From positions 11,966,001 through 12,030,000 of the forward strand of contig JAWMAR010000008.1 of NCBI GenBank assembly GCA_036785375.1: a DNA stretch of 64,000 bases. The letters run 5' to 3'. Shown one piece after another: positions 48,808 to 61,016 of this stretch; the first letter of the stretch is position 1; every line of letters starts with the position of its first letter. The DNA is from Leucoraja ocellata. Lineage: Eukaryota. The notes under the pieces were generated by a model, which worked only from the letters and a program-made list of their open reading frames with translations, was not told the DNA's origin and made no database searches. The position numbers and the translations under genes were made by a program.

Positions 48808-50031
48808 TCTATATTACTAAAAGTCTGATCTTGACCACTTCCTGGTGTTCTGTATATTGATTTTAGAAAAACCGCTGCCACTTATGGCTGTGATTTTTGG
48901 TCATCTTACTCTGAGTCCCCTCCGCTGCGCAGGACAAGAGGATTTTTCCCATCGATAAAAAATAAAATAGTTAGTAATGTGTAAAAAATGTTAAGGTTCT
49001 CGCTCCTGAAGGCCACGCCCCTTCCGGAGGGACTTTAAAACCCGGAAGTGTTCAGTGCCTCAGTCAGTCTCTGCAAGATGGGGGAGCGAGTGTCTGAGCT
49101 GTGAATAACACTGAACACATGTCAACTAAACTGTGAGTGGTTTTACTGACCTGTCAGTGCCCTTAATGTGGTTTGAAAATATAGTTTGGAAATGCTAAAG
49201 CTGTGTTGCCTAATTAAAGTTACCTTGCCTAATTAAAGTTGTCTTGCCTAATTAAAATTGCCTTTCCTAATTAAAGTTGCCTTGCCTTCTATATAATTTA
49301 AAGTCTAATCTTGACCACTTCCTGTTTGCCCTTTACATTGATTTTAGAAAAACGCTACCACGTACTGCTCTGATTTTTGGCTATCTTACTCAGAGTCCCC
49401 CTCCGCTCATCAGGTGCAGAGGATTTTTCCCATCGATGAAATATAAAAGAGTTATTAGTGTTTAAAAAATGTTGAGATTCTCTCCTGTCAATCACGCCAT
49501 GAAGGCCACGCCCCTTCTGGTGGGAGGGGGGGGAGGGACTATAAAACCCAGGAGTGTGGGCGTGGTTCAGTCTCTGCAAGATGGAGGAGGGAGAGGTCAC
49601 GACTTGCTGTCTTCAGTGGCCTTGCACCCTACTTGAAATGGTATGAAACTGCACTTGAATTTGGTGGCTTAGCACCCTGCTTGAAGTGGTAAGAAACTGC
49701 ACTTGAATTTGGTGGCCTTGCACCCTGCTTGAAATGGAATTTCAAGGAATAGGCGTGAGTCAACTGCCAGCCCACCATCCGTGTGTGAGTGAGTTGCCAG
49801 CACAACAGGCTTGAGTGACTGAGCCGCCAGCCCAATAACCCATTCGGCCTACAATGTCCATACTAGCCCTCTGGAAACCAGTCCCTTCAGCCCACAACAC
49901 CCCGACTAGCGCTCCAGAAAGCCTCCCCCCACTAGCCACCAATATTGGAATTGGTGGAGAGGTGGAATATTGCGTTGGGGTACCAGCCCTCCCGTGTGAT
50001 GCTGGGACCCAATGGGTCCCACTTCATCTAG
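48808..50031 (+). mobile_element. Non-autonomous Helitron with duplicated 5' segment
   Basis: 5' TCTATATTACTAAAA (48808) and a second 5'-like start TCTATATAATTTAAA (49288) with homologous downstream sequence. 3' hairpin TGGGACCC-AAT-GGGTCCCA (50003-50021), then CTAG|T. Confidence 0.8.
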
Positions 50032-50062
<31 letters not shown>

Positions 50063-50104
50063 TCACACTCACACTCAGGCTCACACTCACGCTCGGCTTG
50101 TAGA

Positions 50105-50590
50105 AACAAAGAACTGATAGAGATAAAGTGCTGCAGTAACTCAGCAGGTTAGGCAGCATCTCTGAGAAAAAGGATGGGTGACGTTTCGGGTCGGGACCTT
50201 TCTTCAGGCCGAAGGTGGCGGGGAGGGAACTGGAGGGACCCTTTACTTTCAGTCTGAAGGATCCTGACCTAAAACGTCACCACCATTTTGCTTCAGAGAT
50301 GCTGCGTAAATCCACCAAGTTGTGTCTATCTTCGGTATAAACCAGCATCTGCAGTTCCTTTCTACACAAAGAACTGCAGATGCTGGTTAAAACACAAAAG
50401 GGCACAAAGTGCTGGAGTAACTCAGTGAGTCAGGCAGCATCTTTGGAGAATGTGGATCGGTGACGTTTCGTGTCGATATCCTTCTTCAGACATTCTTCAA
50501 AAGAAGGACCCAATACGTTACCAATCCACATTCTCCATTAATGCTGCCTGACCCGCTGAGTTACTCCAGCACTTTGTGTCCTTTTGCATA
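50105..50590. mobile_element. Two adjacent Penelope-derived fold-back elements (another cluster at ~51815-52240)
   Basis: Paired arms gtaactcagc...gcagcatc...gtgacgtttcg and aacgtcacc...gatgctgc...gagttactccagc. Confidence 0.75.
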
Positions 50591-50884
50591 CTTGGCTTGT
50601 AAACTTGTAAAAGAACTAGAAACCTTTTAATCTCAGCTGATTTGTTAAATATATATATAAATACATCAGCTGAGTATATCACGAACACACAGGGATATTA
50701 ATTTAGTGATCAACAATTTCCACCCACTAACACTCGTACTCGAGTTTTTGCCCAATAACGTTGCACCAAAAACAAGGAGAACGTAATGAGTTGCCCATTC
50801 TTACCTGGGGCAGCTAGGATGGGCGAGTGTCCAAATTGTGAGGCTGTTGTTCCCTGTACAACAACAATCAATAAAACATTTGTT

Positions 50885-51395
50885 AGTTTAGTTTAGTTTA
50901 GTTTATTGTCACGTGTACCGAGGTACTGTGGAGAGCCTTTGTGTCAGTGAAAGACAATATATGATTACAATCGAGCCATCCACAGTGTACAGATACATAA
51001 TAAAAGGAATAACTTGAATAAAGTTTAGTGCAAGATTAAGTCCAGGAAAGTCCACTCGAAGATAGTCCGAGGGTCTCCAATGAGTAGATATTAGCTCAGG
51101 ACTGCTCTCTATTTGTTGGCAGGGTGGTTCAGTTTCCTGATAACAGCTCGGAAGAAACTGTCCTTGAATTGGTGTGCTTTTGCACACCTACACCCTTTGC
51201 CTGATGAGAGAGGGGAGAAGATGGAGTGGCCGTGGAGCGACTCATCCTTGATTATGGCGGTGGCCTTGCAAGGTGGTGTGAGGTGTAAACTGAGTCAATG
51301 AAAGGGAGGTTGGATGGTGGGATGGTCTGGGCTACATCTTCAATTCTCTGCAATTTCTTGTGGTCTTGGATGTTGTTAAAGACCGTTTTGCAGAT
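50885..51395 (-). mobile_element. Rex1/Babar-like LINE 3' fragment (related pieces at 1-290, 40090-40370, 53240-53590)
   Basis: Minus-strand DHKKLQRIEDVAQTI and SFKFLGL...RLRRFGISPITLTSFY motifs. (CTAAA)n tail. Confidence 0.65.
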
Positions 51396-53967
51396 AATGA
51401 AGTGAGAAGAGTTTGTCTGTTCGCTACCTGACTGAGTCTGACTCAAGCTTGATGTTCGAGGCATAGAGTTGTACAGCACAGAGGCATGCCCTTCGGCCCA
51501 TTACGCCCATGCTGACCGTTACACTGACTCATCTGACCTCATAAAGCTATGTAAAATCATGAGGGACATAGATTAGGAAAATAGTTACAATGTTTATCCA
51601 AATGATAGGAGAGTATAAAACTAGAGGGCATTTAAGGTGGGAGGGGAAAGAATTTAAATGTGGGCCAGAGGGTTTTTCACAAACGGGGTGGTGGATATGT
51701 GGATGTAGCTGCCAGATAAAGTGGTAGAGGTGGATGCACTTGTGTGGTTTAAAAGGCATGTATGGATAGCAATAATTGAGGAATACGAACCAAACACAGG
51801 CAAGTGGGAATAAAAGGAACTGCAGATACTGGTTTACAAAATAAGATACAAAGTGCAGGAGTAACTCAGCAGGTCAGGCAGCATCGGTGAAGAACATGGT
51901 TGGGTGACATTTTGGGTTGAAATGCTTCTTTAATTTTAAGAAAGACACAAAGTGATGGAGTAACTCAGTGGGTCAGGCAGCATCACTGGAGTGAAGAAAT
52001 ATGTGACATTCTGGGTCAAAACCTTTCTTCAGTCTTCTTCAGGGTTCCAACCCGAAAGGTAGTCCCTTTCTCCAGAGATGCTGCCTGATCCACTGAAATA
52101 CTCCAGAATGTCGTGTCTATCGTTGGTAAAAACCAGCAGTTACTTCCTACACATTCAATCTGAGGAAGATGTCCTGGCCCAAAACGTCAAGTATCCATGT
52201 TCTCCAGAGACCCGCCGTGTTACTCTAACACGTTGTGTCACAAGCCAGTGGGACTAGCTCAGGTAGCCAACTTAGTTAGCATGGAAGAGTTGGACCGAGA
52301 GATGCACCTCCATGCCTATGATTCTGTACTTGTCTCAATTACCACCATAGCCTTGGCGATTCCAGTGTTCAACTAGATACTTCTTTAGTGTTGAGATAGT
52401 CTCTATGTGCCTTCAGTTTCCAACCATTCTCAGATCTCTAACATGTCCTGTTTGGATCAAGTCAAGTTTGTAAAAAAATCAGAGCGGGGGATCGCCCCAG
52501 CTGAGTGGTCTACCCAATTCGGAACAACTTGCCCAATGATAACACGCGTTCAGTGTTAGTTGTTTGAGATGGTTAAAGTATCAGTGATTCGTGGTTTAGA
52601 CGGCGTTGTGTCTGGGACAATCTCTGAGTCTCGGGACTTGGATCAACTCTTCAAGTCTCAAGTTTCTCTTTTGCTCAGGATTCATGCATCTGCATTCTCA
52701 TGCGTCCAGTTTGTCATCCGTTCAATAATCCACCATCTAGACTCATGCCTCCAGTTCGTCTTTTGCTCGGGATTCCGGCATCTGCAGTCGTTTCAGACTT
52801 TTGGTCATAAAATAGATGGTGCTGCCGAATCAGATAAGTACTGCCACACAGATGCTCCATGCTGTTGGAGGGGGGGGCGGTGAGTGAGGGAGCCCCACGC
52901 CGAGGGAGGGGTATAGCCACGAATGTTCCATGCAGTGGGGGGGGGGGGGGGGGGGGGGGCGGGCGCTGTGTCCTAATGGCTTATTATTGTCATGTGTACC
53001 GAGGTACAGTGAAAAATAAATGCCCATCAAATCATGCGTATGTCAGGTAGTGCTAACGGAATGCAGAATGTAGTTACCGCGTTATAGCGGTTCAATTACG
53101 GATAGACTTACAGAGAAAGTTCCGACAGTTAAAAACGTGCAACAACCAGTCAGGGATAAAATTAGTCCCCCCCCCCAGACCAATGTTAAGTGTAGAATGG
53201 GGTGGATGGGATGGGGATGGGGAAGGGGGGGGGGTAGTTTGAGTGATGGACTGGGCTGCGTCAACTCGCTGCAATTTATTGTGGTCATTGACAGTTGTCA
53301 AACCAAGTCGTGATGCATCTGGCAGAATGGTTTCTCTGGCACATCCGTAGAAGCTGGTAAGAGTTATTGGAGATATGCCAAACCTCCTGAGTCTAGAGAA
53401 GAAGGAGGGGCATCGGGGGTGCTTTCTTGGCCGTTGTGTTATTGTGGTTGGACCAGAACAAATTGCTGGTGTTAAGCCCAGGAACTTAAAGCTCCCAACC
53501 ATCTCCACTTTAGCACCACTAATGCTGATCGAGGCATGCCTGACCTGACGTCAATAATATGATCTTTCGGCTCTCTGACATTGAGGTAAAATGTGCGGGG
53601 ACCGTTGCTCGGTGCTGTTTCCGCGCTGCATCTCTAAACATACATATATATATATAGATATAGATATATATATATAGAACTTGTTTTTGTTTATTATATT
53701 AATTACAGATTGTGTTGTGCTGCTGCAAAGTAAGAATTATTTTGTTTCTGTCTGGGACATATGACAATCAACCACTCTTGACTCTCTGAACTGTTGCCAA
53801 GTCAGTTCGTAGCGCTTTGGAAATCCCACCACAACCTAAAGCCAGTCACCGCTGAACGGAATTCCCATGGTAGACGAGCAGCCGGCGAGAGTCCGTGTTC
53901 GCACTCAGTTGTCGATGATCACACACACCTCACCCGCCCACTGATTCTCCCACTCCTCTCTCATCAC

Positions 53968-54167
53968 NNNNNNNNNNNNNNNNNNNNNNNNNNNNNNNNN
54001 NNNNNNNNNNNNNNNNNNNNNNNNNNNNNNNNNNNNNNNNNNNNNNNNNNNNNNNNNNNNNNNNNNNNNNNNNNNNNNNNNNNNNNNNNNNNNNNNNNNN
54101 NNNNNNNNNNNNNNNNNNNNNNNNNNNNNNNNNNNNNNNNNNNNNNNNNNNNNNNNNNNNNNNNNNN
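53968..54167. other. Assembly gap (200 N)
   Basis: Run of n. Confidence 1.
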
Positions 54168-54624
54168 TGGCATTCATTCTGTTGATCCCTTCTGCATGAC
54201 AGCAAACCTCAGTGCTCCATTCTTAGTCCCCGTCTCCCACCAGACATGCCTCTCATTCCAGGAGTCAGAGCAGTGAATCAAGACTGAGCTGTCCCCAAGG
54301 CAGGTGTCTCTAGTGAGATGTCTCCATGGATACAGAGACCCAAATGGCATGCACTGCTTGAGATGTGGTTTTACTGAAGCACTGTGCAATTGCAATAAGA
54401 CCTTGCTAACCTTGTGCTTCAGTCTCCTTGTATTAAAAGCCAATGTTGTGGCAGCACCAAACGTGGTGAACAAACAGTTGCTTTATTCAGACATTACATG
54501 TACATGCACGTTTGGTCCTCTAACATATTGTCATTGCTGTTGCTGCTGAGCGAGGGTGTTGTCTTGAGCTCAGCTACCTGTCGACTTGTGATCTCAAGGT
54601 AAGATCTCCTTAAGTAGCAGGACA

Positions 54625-54885
54625 CTCCCCTTAACATCTTCAAATCCAGTGTTAAAACACATTTGTACTCCCTGGCTTTTGACCGTGCCTGAGACTTTGC
54701 TTCTGTTTTTGGTGTTTTTGATGTTTCTTTATTTTACATGTCTTTTCCTACTATTTCTTTTGATTGTTATTTTTGGTGTGTATTAACTTTTTTTTGTCAA
54801 TGATTAGTGATGTACAGCACTTTGTTGCAACTATGTTTGTTTTTAAAGTGCTCTATAAATAAAATTATTATTATTATTATTATAT
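54625..54885 (+). mobile_element. L2-like LINE/SINE 3' end
   Basis: ttcaaatcc...ttaaaacacatttgt...gtacagcactttg...aaagtgctctataaataaa(att)n. Confidence 0.65.
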
Positions 54886-55073
54886 TAACCCATAACGTCA
54901 CGTGACTGTCCTGAAGAGGGTTCGACCGTAAGTGGTCTGACCATCAGGTGACGCCTCAATGTTATGATTTACTTTAAATTGCTTGTAACTTAGTGACTGG
55001 TGAAAATATTGTTCATGTCCTACATGCCATCCTGGTCTTCAGCCTCAGAGCTATTTATTTACTTCCTTCATAG

Positions 55074-55184
55074 CCTGGGTGGTACGTCACGGTCCACATC
55101 TGCAACGTGCCGCTGTCAGTGATGGAGAGCTACAAGCCCCAGGCACCCCTGGTGCTCTTCACCTTGTTGCCACACGAACAGAAG
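55074..55184 (+). CDS. TSR1: TSR1 coding exon (first one visible)
   Basis: cttcatag|...GAAG|gtacgg. Encodes PGWYVTVHICNVPLSVMESYKPQAPLVLFTLLPHEQK. Confidence 0.93.
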
Positions 55185-55509
55185 GTACGGAGGGCGTGGA
55201 AGGGGGTAGAGCCCGGTTATGGAGGGCAGAGTCCATAGGTGCCAGGGCTGGTGAATGGGGGATGAGTTGGACAAGGACAGCAGGGCAGGACTTTGCATTA
55301 TTGGGTTATCTGACTGCAGTTGTAATGAGATTGTTGATATTTGTTCTATACTGAGTGATGAGATTATTTTGATCTTCAGTACCTTAAATTAGTTTTTCAT
55401 TTCATAGTTCTGGACTATGACAAATATGGGGACTGTGTATAGAGTGACACTGCAGTGTTATACAGTGACAGACCTGTCCCCATCAGTACTGCACCCCAGT
55501 GATATACAA

Positions 55510-55865
55510 TCATAAGGTCATAAGTGATAGGAGCAGAATTAGGCCATTCGACTCTGCCATTCAATCATGGCTGATCTATCTCTCGCTCCTAACCCCATTC
55601 TCCTGCCTTCTCCCCATAACTGGACATCCGTACTAATCAAGAATCTATCTATCGCTGCTTTAAAAATATCCATTGACTTGGCCTCCACAGCCTTCTGTGG
55701 CAAATAATTCCACAGATTCGCCACCCTTTGACTAAAGAAATTATTTTCATCTCCTTCCTAAAGGAATGTCCTTTAATTCTGAGGCTATGATCTCTAGTCT
55801 CTAGTCCTAGACTCTCCCACTAGTGGAAACATCCGCTCCACATCCATTCTATCCAAGCCTTTCAC
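55510..55865 (-). mobile_element. CR1 3' end in a TSR1 intron
   Basis: gaattaggccattcg...caatcatggctgatcta...ttccacagattc. Splits the 38-bp minisatellite. Confidence 0.85.
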
Positions 55866-56204
55866 TATACAGTGGCAGACCTGTCCCCACCAAGTCTCTA
55901 TCCCAGTGTTATACAGCAACAGATCTGCCTCCACTAGTACTATACCCCGGTGTTATACAGTGACAAAAACGTCCCCGCCCGTACTGTACCTTATTGTGAT
56001 GCAGTATCAGACCCATCCCACCATTACTGTGACAAACCTGAACCCACCAGTGCCGTAGATTCCCAATATTAGAGTGCTGGAGAGATGCAGCATGGAATAA
56101 GGTTCTTCGGCCTACCAAGTTTAAATGATCTCAAGTGTGTGAGGGAGACCTGGGTAACAATTGGTGGGTTGAGGGTGGTTGATTTTAATTGTTGATTAAA
56201 TCAA

Positions 56205-56635
56205 ATCTGGGCTTATATACTCCGAAGTTTAGGATGAGAATGGATCTTATTGAAACATATACGATTATTAAGGGTTTGGACACGCTAGAGGTAGAAAACA
56301 TGTTCCTGATTTTGGGGGAGTCCAGAGCCAGGGGCCACAGTTTAAGAATAAGGTGTAAGCCATTTAGAACGTAGACGAGAAAACACGTTTTTCTCAGAGA
56401 GTTGTGAGTCTGTAGAATTCTCTGTCTCAGAGGGCGGTGGGGGCCGGTTCTCTAGATACTTTCAAGAGAGAGCTAGATAGGGCTCTTAAAGATAACGGAG
56501 TCAGGGATATGGGGAGAAGGCAGGAACGGGGTACTGATTGGGGATAATCAGCCATGATCACATTTAATGGCGGTGCTGGCACGAAGGGCAGAATGGCCTA
56601 CTCCTGCACCTATTGTCTATTTTCTATTGTCTAAA
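56205..56635 (+). mobile_element. CR1 3' end in a TSR1 intron
   Basis: LGLYT...MDLIETYTIIKGLD...GHSLRI, then gaatggcctactcctgcacct(attgtct)n tail. Confidence 0.85.
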
Positions 56636-56919
56636 TCTAAACCAGACACCCAGGCGGTCCCACGTGATCACAGGGAGAACATGCAATCTCCCCACACGAG
56701 TGCCGGAGGTCAGGATTGAACCAGGGTCTCTGTGCTGTGAGGTAGTGGCTCTGCCCACTGTGCCTCTGCTGACCTGTGGCAATATGTGTACTCCAGTACA
56801 GCACAGAGAGTGACTTGAGGGAGGGGGGTTCCCGGAGGGATGGGGAGAACACGGGTAGAACTGAGGGTTTGAGGGCAGTATTACGATGAGGACTGTCAGA
56901 GTTGCCCTCTCTTTTCCAG

Positions 56920-57052
56920 CTATCGGTTGCCCATTTCTTGCTCAGGAGACATGCGAGCAACAGCGGACCGGTCAAGTCGAAAGAGGAGATGGTTTTCCAC
57001 TGTGGCTGCAGGCGGTTCCGCGCCCCACCTATGTACTCACAGCACACAGCCG
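56920..57052 (+). CDS. TSR1: TSR1 coding exon
   Basis: ttttccag|...GCCG|gtcagt. Encodes LSVAHFLLRRHASNSGPVKSKEEMVFHCGCRRFRAPPMYSQHTA. Confidence 0.94.
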
Positions 57053-57577
57053 GTCAGTGTCAGCTCCTGTCCTTGGACATCCTGTGTAGGGTGGGACTGG
57101 GATTGCTAGGGTTGGTTTCTCGGGCTAGTAGATCCCTGCCCAATGTGAAATTGCCCCATTGACCCACCACAGACTGCCCGCTGAAGGGTCTGCACTGTGC
57201 TGTCAGGGAGGGAGTTCCTGGACTTGCAGCCAGCAATGGTGAACTGTGACATCGAGCCAGAGGGGAAGCCACAGGAGATGGTGCCCTCTGTGCCTAATAT
57301 CCATGTCCTCCCTGGTACTGGCTGCAGGGTTGAGGATGCAGTTGGAGTAACTGTGTAAATAACGACGCTGAGAGTTGGTACTGAGGGCACGCCACCCTGG
57401 ATGAGGCCCCTCTGTAGAGGGTCCCGCGGAGCAGGGTTACTCGTCAGTCTTGGGCAGCTTTCCTTTCACTTGGTCAGCGCTGGGTCAGATGATCCCAAGG
57501 GCACGGTTGTAGACTGAGGGTTCTTGGTGTTGCGAGGCGTGTTTCTTCATTCACCATCTGCTTGATCCCCCCCACAG

Positions 57578-57694
57578 CCAACAAGTTCAAGTACGAGCGG
57601 TTTCTGCGCTCCAACGCCACTGTGGTGGCTACGGTCTACTGCCCCATTACCTTTCCCCCGGCATCTGTGCTGATGTTTAAACAAAGAGCCAACG
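57578..57694 (+). CDS. TSR1: TSR1 coding exon
   Basis: cccacag|...AACG|gtgggt. Encodes ANKFKYERFLRSNATVVATVYCPITFPPASVLMFKQRAN. Confidence 0.94.
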
Positions 57695-58408
57695 GTGGGT
57701 ACTGCTGATTCTTGCCAATATTGTTGGGGTGCGGGGCTGTTCTCCAGTGTGGTGGAGGAGGCGAGCCTGTATGGGCGTATATGGTAGAGCATGGGAAATG
57801 TGTGCATGCAAGGGAGGTGTGTGTGTAGTGGAAGGGGGAAGGGGGAGCACTCAGTGGAGCAGAGGGTGCGGGTATCTGTGCAGTGGAAGGATGTGCATGT
57901 GTATTTGTGCAATGGAAGGGGGATGGAGTGTGTGAGTGCTCACAGAAGAGAACATGTGTCTGTGCCGATGTAACATCAAGTGTTGCTGTGCCTTACTCTC
58001 TCACTGGGCTTGCAGTCAGTACAGATGGTCTGCCGGCGTGAAAGTTTCCTGTCAGTGAAATTCGGATAGATCTGGGCCTGTTACGCTGCAGGCAGTGACC
58101 GGACGGCCCAGAATGGCTGCAGCTTCCCTCCAGCGGAGCTGGGTTTGTTGGCAGGGCGAGTGCTCAGCTGGTTGTGTGCCCATGGCTGCCTGGTGTTGCT
58201 CGGGGGCCTGCTGCCAGGTGAGGCCTCCTTGCCCAGGGGCTGAGGACATCGTCTGTGGTGCCGCACGCAGTGGTATTGCCTGCCTGCACTTGCTATCAAA
58301 CATGATGTGGTGGGGTTGGGGTAAGCAGTAAGCCTGCAGTGCCCTGCTCTGGGGGTTTACTGGTGTCCTGCCCCGTCACTAACTGCCTGTCCCTCTGCTC
58401 TTCACCAG

Positions 58409-58549
58409 GTATGCAGGACCTGATAGCCACGGGCTCTGTGCTGAAGGTCGACCCTGACCGAGTGATCGTGAAACGGATCACCTTGAGCGGCCACCCTTTC
58501 AAGATCATGACCAAAACCTCGGTGGTTCGATACATGTTCTTTAACCGTG
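58409..58549 (+). CDS. TSR1: TSR1 coding exon
   Basis: ttcaccag|...CGTG|gtaagg. Encodes [47 protein letters not shown]. Confidence 0.96.
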
Positions 58550-59027
58550 GTAAGGGCTGGGCAAGGGGGGGTTGAATATGGAGGTGGCGGGGAGAGGAAA
58601 GATGGATAATGAGAGGGTGGGGGTGTAGTCATCAACGTGATCTTATTCATTAAAATGTGAAGAAACAACTGATGTGTTGGTCACCATGTCCAACGAGCAC
58701 TATCCCTGCCCTGAGAGCGAGCATCACTATGTCTGACCCCGGGAGTGTGTGATGGGACAGTGTAGAGGCAGCTTCACTCTGGGTCTCGCCCACTATCTCC
58801 TTCCAAACAATTTTATTGAATGTAATTCGTAAAAAAGTCCAGACCAAGCTCTTTTGCCTTTTTATTTCCTCCACCTCTTTGTCCTGGTTGGTCTGAAAAT
58901 AACTGAGCTACCTGCTGTCATTATGTGAAGCTGGTCTTACAAATTGTTCTTATTGAGTCATGCTGAGGTGTTCCATGAATCCCATTGAGCATCAGGGCTC
59001 AGAGGTAATAGTGATCTTACTCCTGTT

Positions 59028-59218
59028 TACGAAAGAACTGCAGATGCGGGAGAAATCGAAGGTAGACAAAAATGCTGGAGAAACTCAAGGGAGTGAGGCA
59101 GCATCTATGGAGTGAAGGAATAGGTGACGTTTCGGGTCTCGACCCGAAACGTCACCTATTCCTTCGCTCCATAGATGCTGCCTCACTCCCTTGAGTTCTC
59201 CAGCATTTTTGTCTGCCT
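59028..59218. mobile_element. Near-perfect Penelope-derived fold-back element in a TSR1 intron
   Basis: ~77-bp inverted arms centred on gggtc-tc-gaccc (59134-59145). Flanked by gtgatcttactcctgtt (59011) and gtgatcttactgctgct (59219). Confidence 0.85.
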
Positions 59219-59485
59219 GTGATCTTACTGCTGCTCTCCTCAGTTACCGCCTTGGTGCTGAGGAACTGCTCCAAGGTGGAAGAGCCCGTGATTCCACCTG
59301 GCATCTGTTGCCTTTGCCCTGGGAGGTGTGTGACGTGGAAGTGTAGAGGAAGCTTTACTTTGTACCCATACTGTTGATGCCCCTGCCCTGGTAATGTTTG
59401 ATGGAGGTACTGATTGCGGGGGTTAAGGGCATAAAGTAACTGTGCCGAGCATGTCTTGCCGATACCAAGTTTGTTTCTCTTTAAG

Positions 59486-59560
59486 ATGACGTGCTGTGGT
59501 TCAAGCCAGTGGAGCTTCGCACGAAGTGGGGTCGCAGAGGTCACATCAAGGAGCCTTTAG
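59486..59560 (+). CDS. TSR1: TSR1 coding exon
   Basis: ctctttaag|...TTAG|gtaagc. Encodes [25 protein letters not shown]. Confidence 0.96.
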   Translation: MTCCGSSQWSFARSGVAEVTSRSL

Positions 59561-60879
59561 GTAAGCAGTTGCCCAATCACACAGGTTTTACATGGGCCGA
59601 CATTGCTGTGGGATGATGCTCTCTGCAGGCTAATTATTGTCAGCTGAGGAGAGAGGTACTGCCTGTAACAGCAAGTCCACGATTGACTGAGTGTGGCATC
59701 AAGGAGCCCAGGTCAATGGTCAATGGACAGCAGTGGGGGGGAAACACCTCCAGTGGCTGGAGACCGAGCTCACACCGGGATGTAGACACAAGGAACTAGA
59801 GATGTTGGAGTATATATATTTTTTAAAAGACAGTGTTAGAGTAACCCAGCAGATCAAGCAGCATCCTTGGAGCACGTGGATACATGGAGCACGTGGATAC
59901 ATGTCGAACTACAGAAATGTCCCGACCCGAAAGGGCACCTATCCACGACCTCCGGTGTTGCTGCCTGGCCCGCTGAGTTACTCCAGCACTTGGTGTCTTT
60001 TTTTTCGTACACAGGGGGAGATGGTAGTTGGAGGTTACTCATCCCAGCCCCAGGACATCAATGTTGGAGTTGGTCAGGGCAAGATCCCAGACCCAGCCAC
60101 CTTCTGCTGCTCCATCAGTGACCTTCCATCCATCAGTATTGGGATGGTCATTAGCACAATCTTCAATTCACAGCTGCTCAGCAAGTGCAGCAATGCTTGC
60201 AAGTCCCAGAAAACGTCCAGGTACCGGCTGATAGGTGTCATGTAACGTTCATGCCACAAAGCTGCCAGGCGGTGATAATCTCGAACAAGAGTCTAACCAC
60301 CTATCCTCGACACTCAATGGTGTTGCTCTCCACCACCCTCAACACTCCCCCCCACCCTCAACACCCCCTTCCTCAGCCACCCTCAACACTCTCCCTCCAG
60401 CCCACACACCTCTGCCTGATAAACTTCATCTGCACCCTCTCCAAATCCTCCATATTCTTCCTGTAATGCGGTGCCCAGAGCCGCATGTAATGAGGAGAAA
60501 TTTCCTCGTGCAAAGGGTGATGAGTGTATAACGGAATGTAAAGTAAATCATCGTTAAATATATTTTAGAAAGAGGAAGAAGCATTGATGCTGAAGGGGTT
60601 AAAGAAACAGGGAGGAGGTGGGGACAGGGTACTGAAGTGGATGATCAGGTGCTGAATGGAGGAGCGTTGTGAAGGCTTAAATAGTCAACTGCTGCTGTCT
60701 GAAGATGGGTACTGACCCAAGCCGCCAACTATCCAGAGATGCTGCCTGACCTGCCGAATTACTCCAGCACTTTGTGTTTTATTTTGTAAACCAGCATCTG
60801 CAGTTCCTTGTTTCTGGAACAGCTGCTGTTTGCTGCTGCGCGTATGTCTCTGATCTGGTACGCACTGTGTTGTCTGCAG

Positions 60880-61016
60880 GGACACATGGACACATGAAGT
60901 GTTTGTTCGACGGGCAGCTGAAATCCCAGGACACCGTGCTGATGAACTTGTACAAGAGGGTTTTCCCACGGTGGGCGTATGATCCGCATGTTCCCGAGCC
61001 AGTGCCGTGGGAGTGA
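60880..61016 (+). CDS. TSR1: TSR1 terminal coding exon (pre-rRNA-processing protein TSR1 homolog)
   Basis: gtctgcag|, then GTHGHMKCLFDGQLKSQDTVLMNLYKRVFPRWAYDPHVPEPVPWE*. ATTAAA at 61096. Confidence 0.95.

Noticed and set aside
54168-60879. SNORD91-type C/D snoRNAs expected in TSR1 introns (e.g. GTGATGA at ~55355)
   Set aside because: No matching D box, terminal stem or recognisable guide sequence. The host introns may lie in the missing 5' part.
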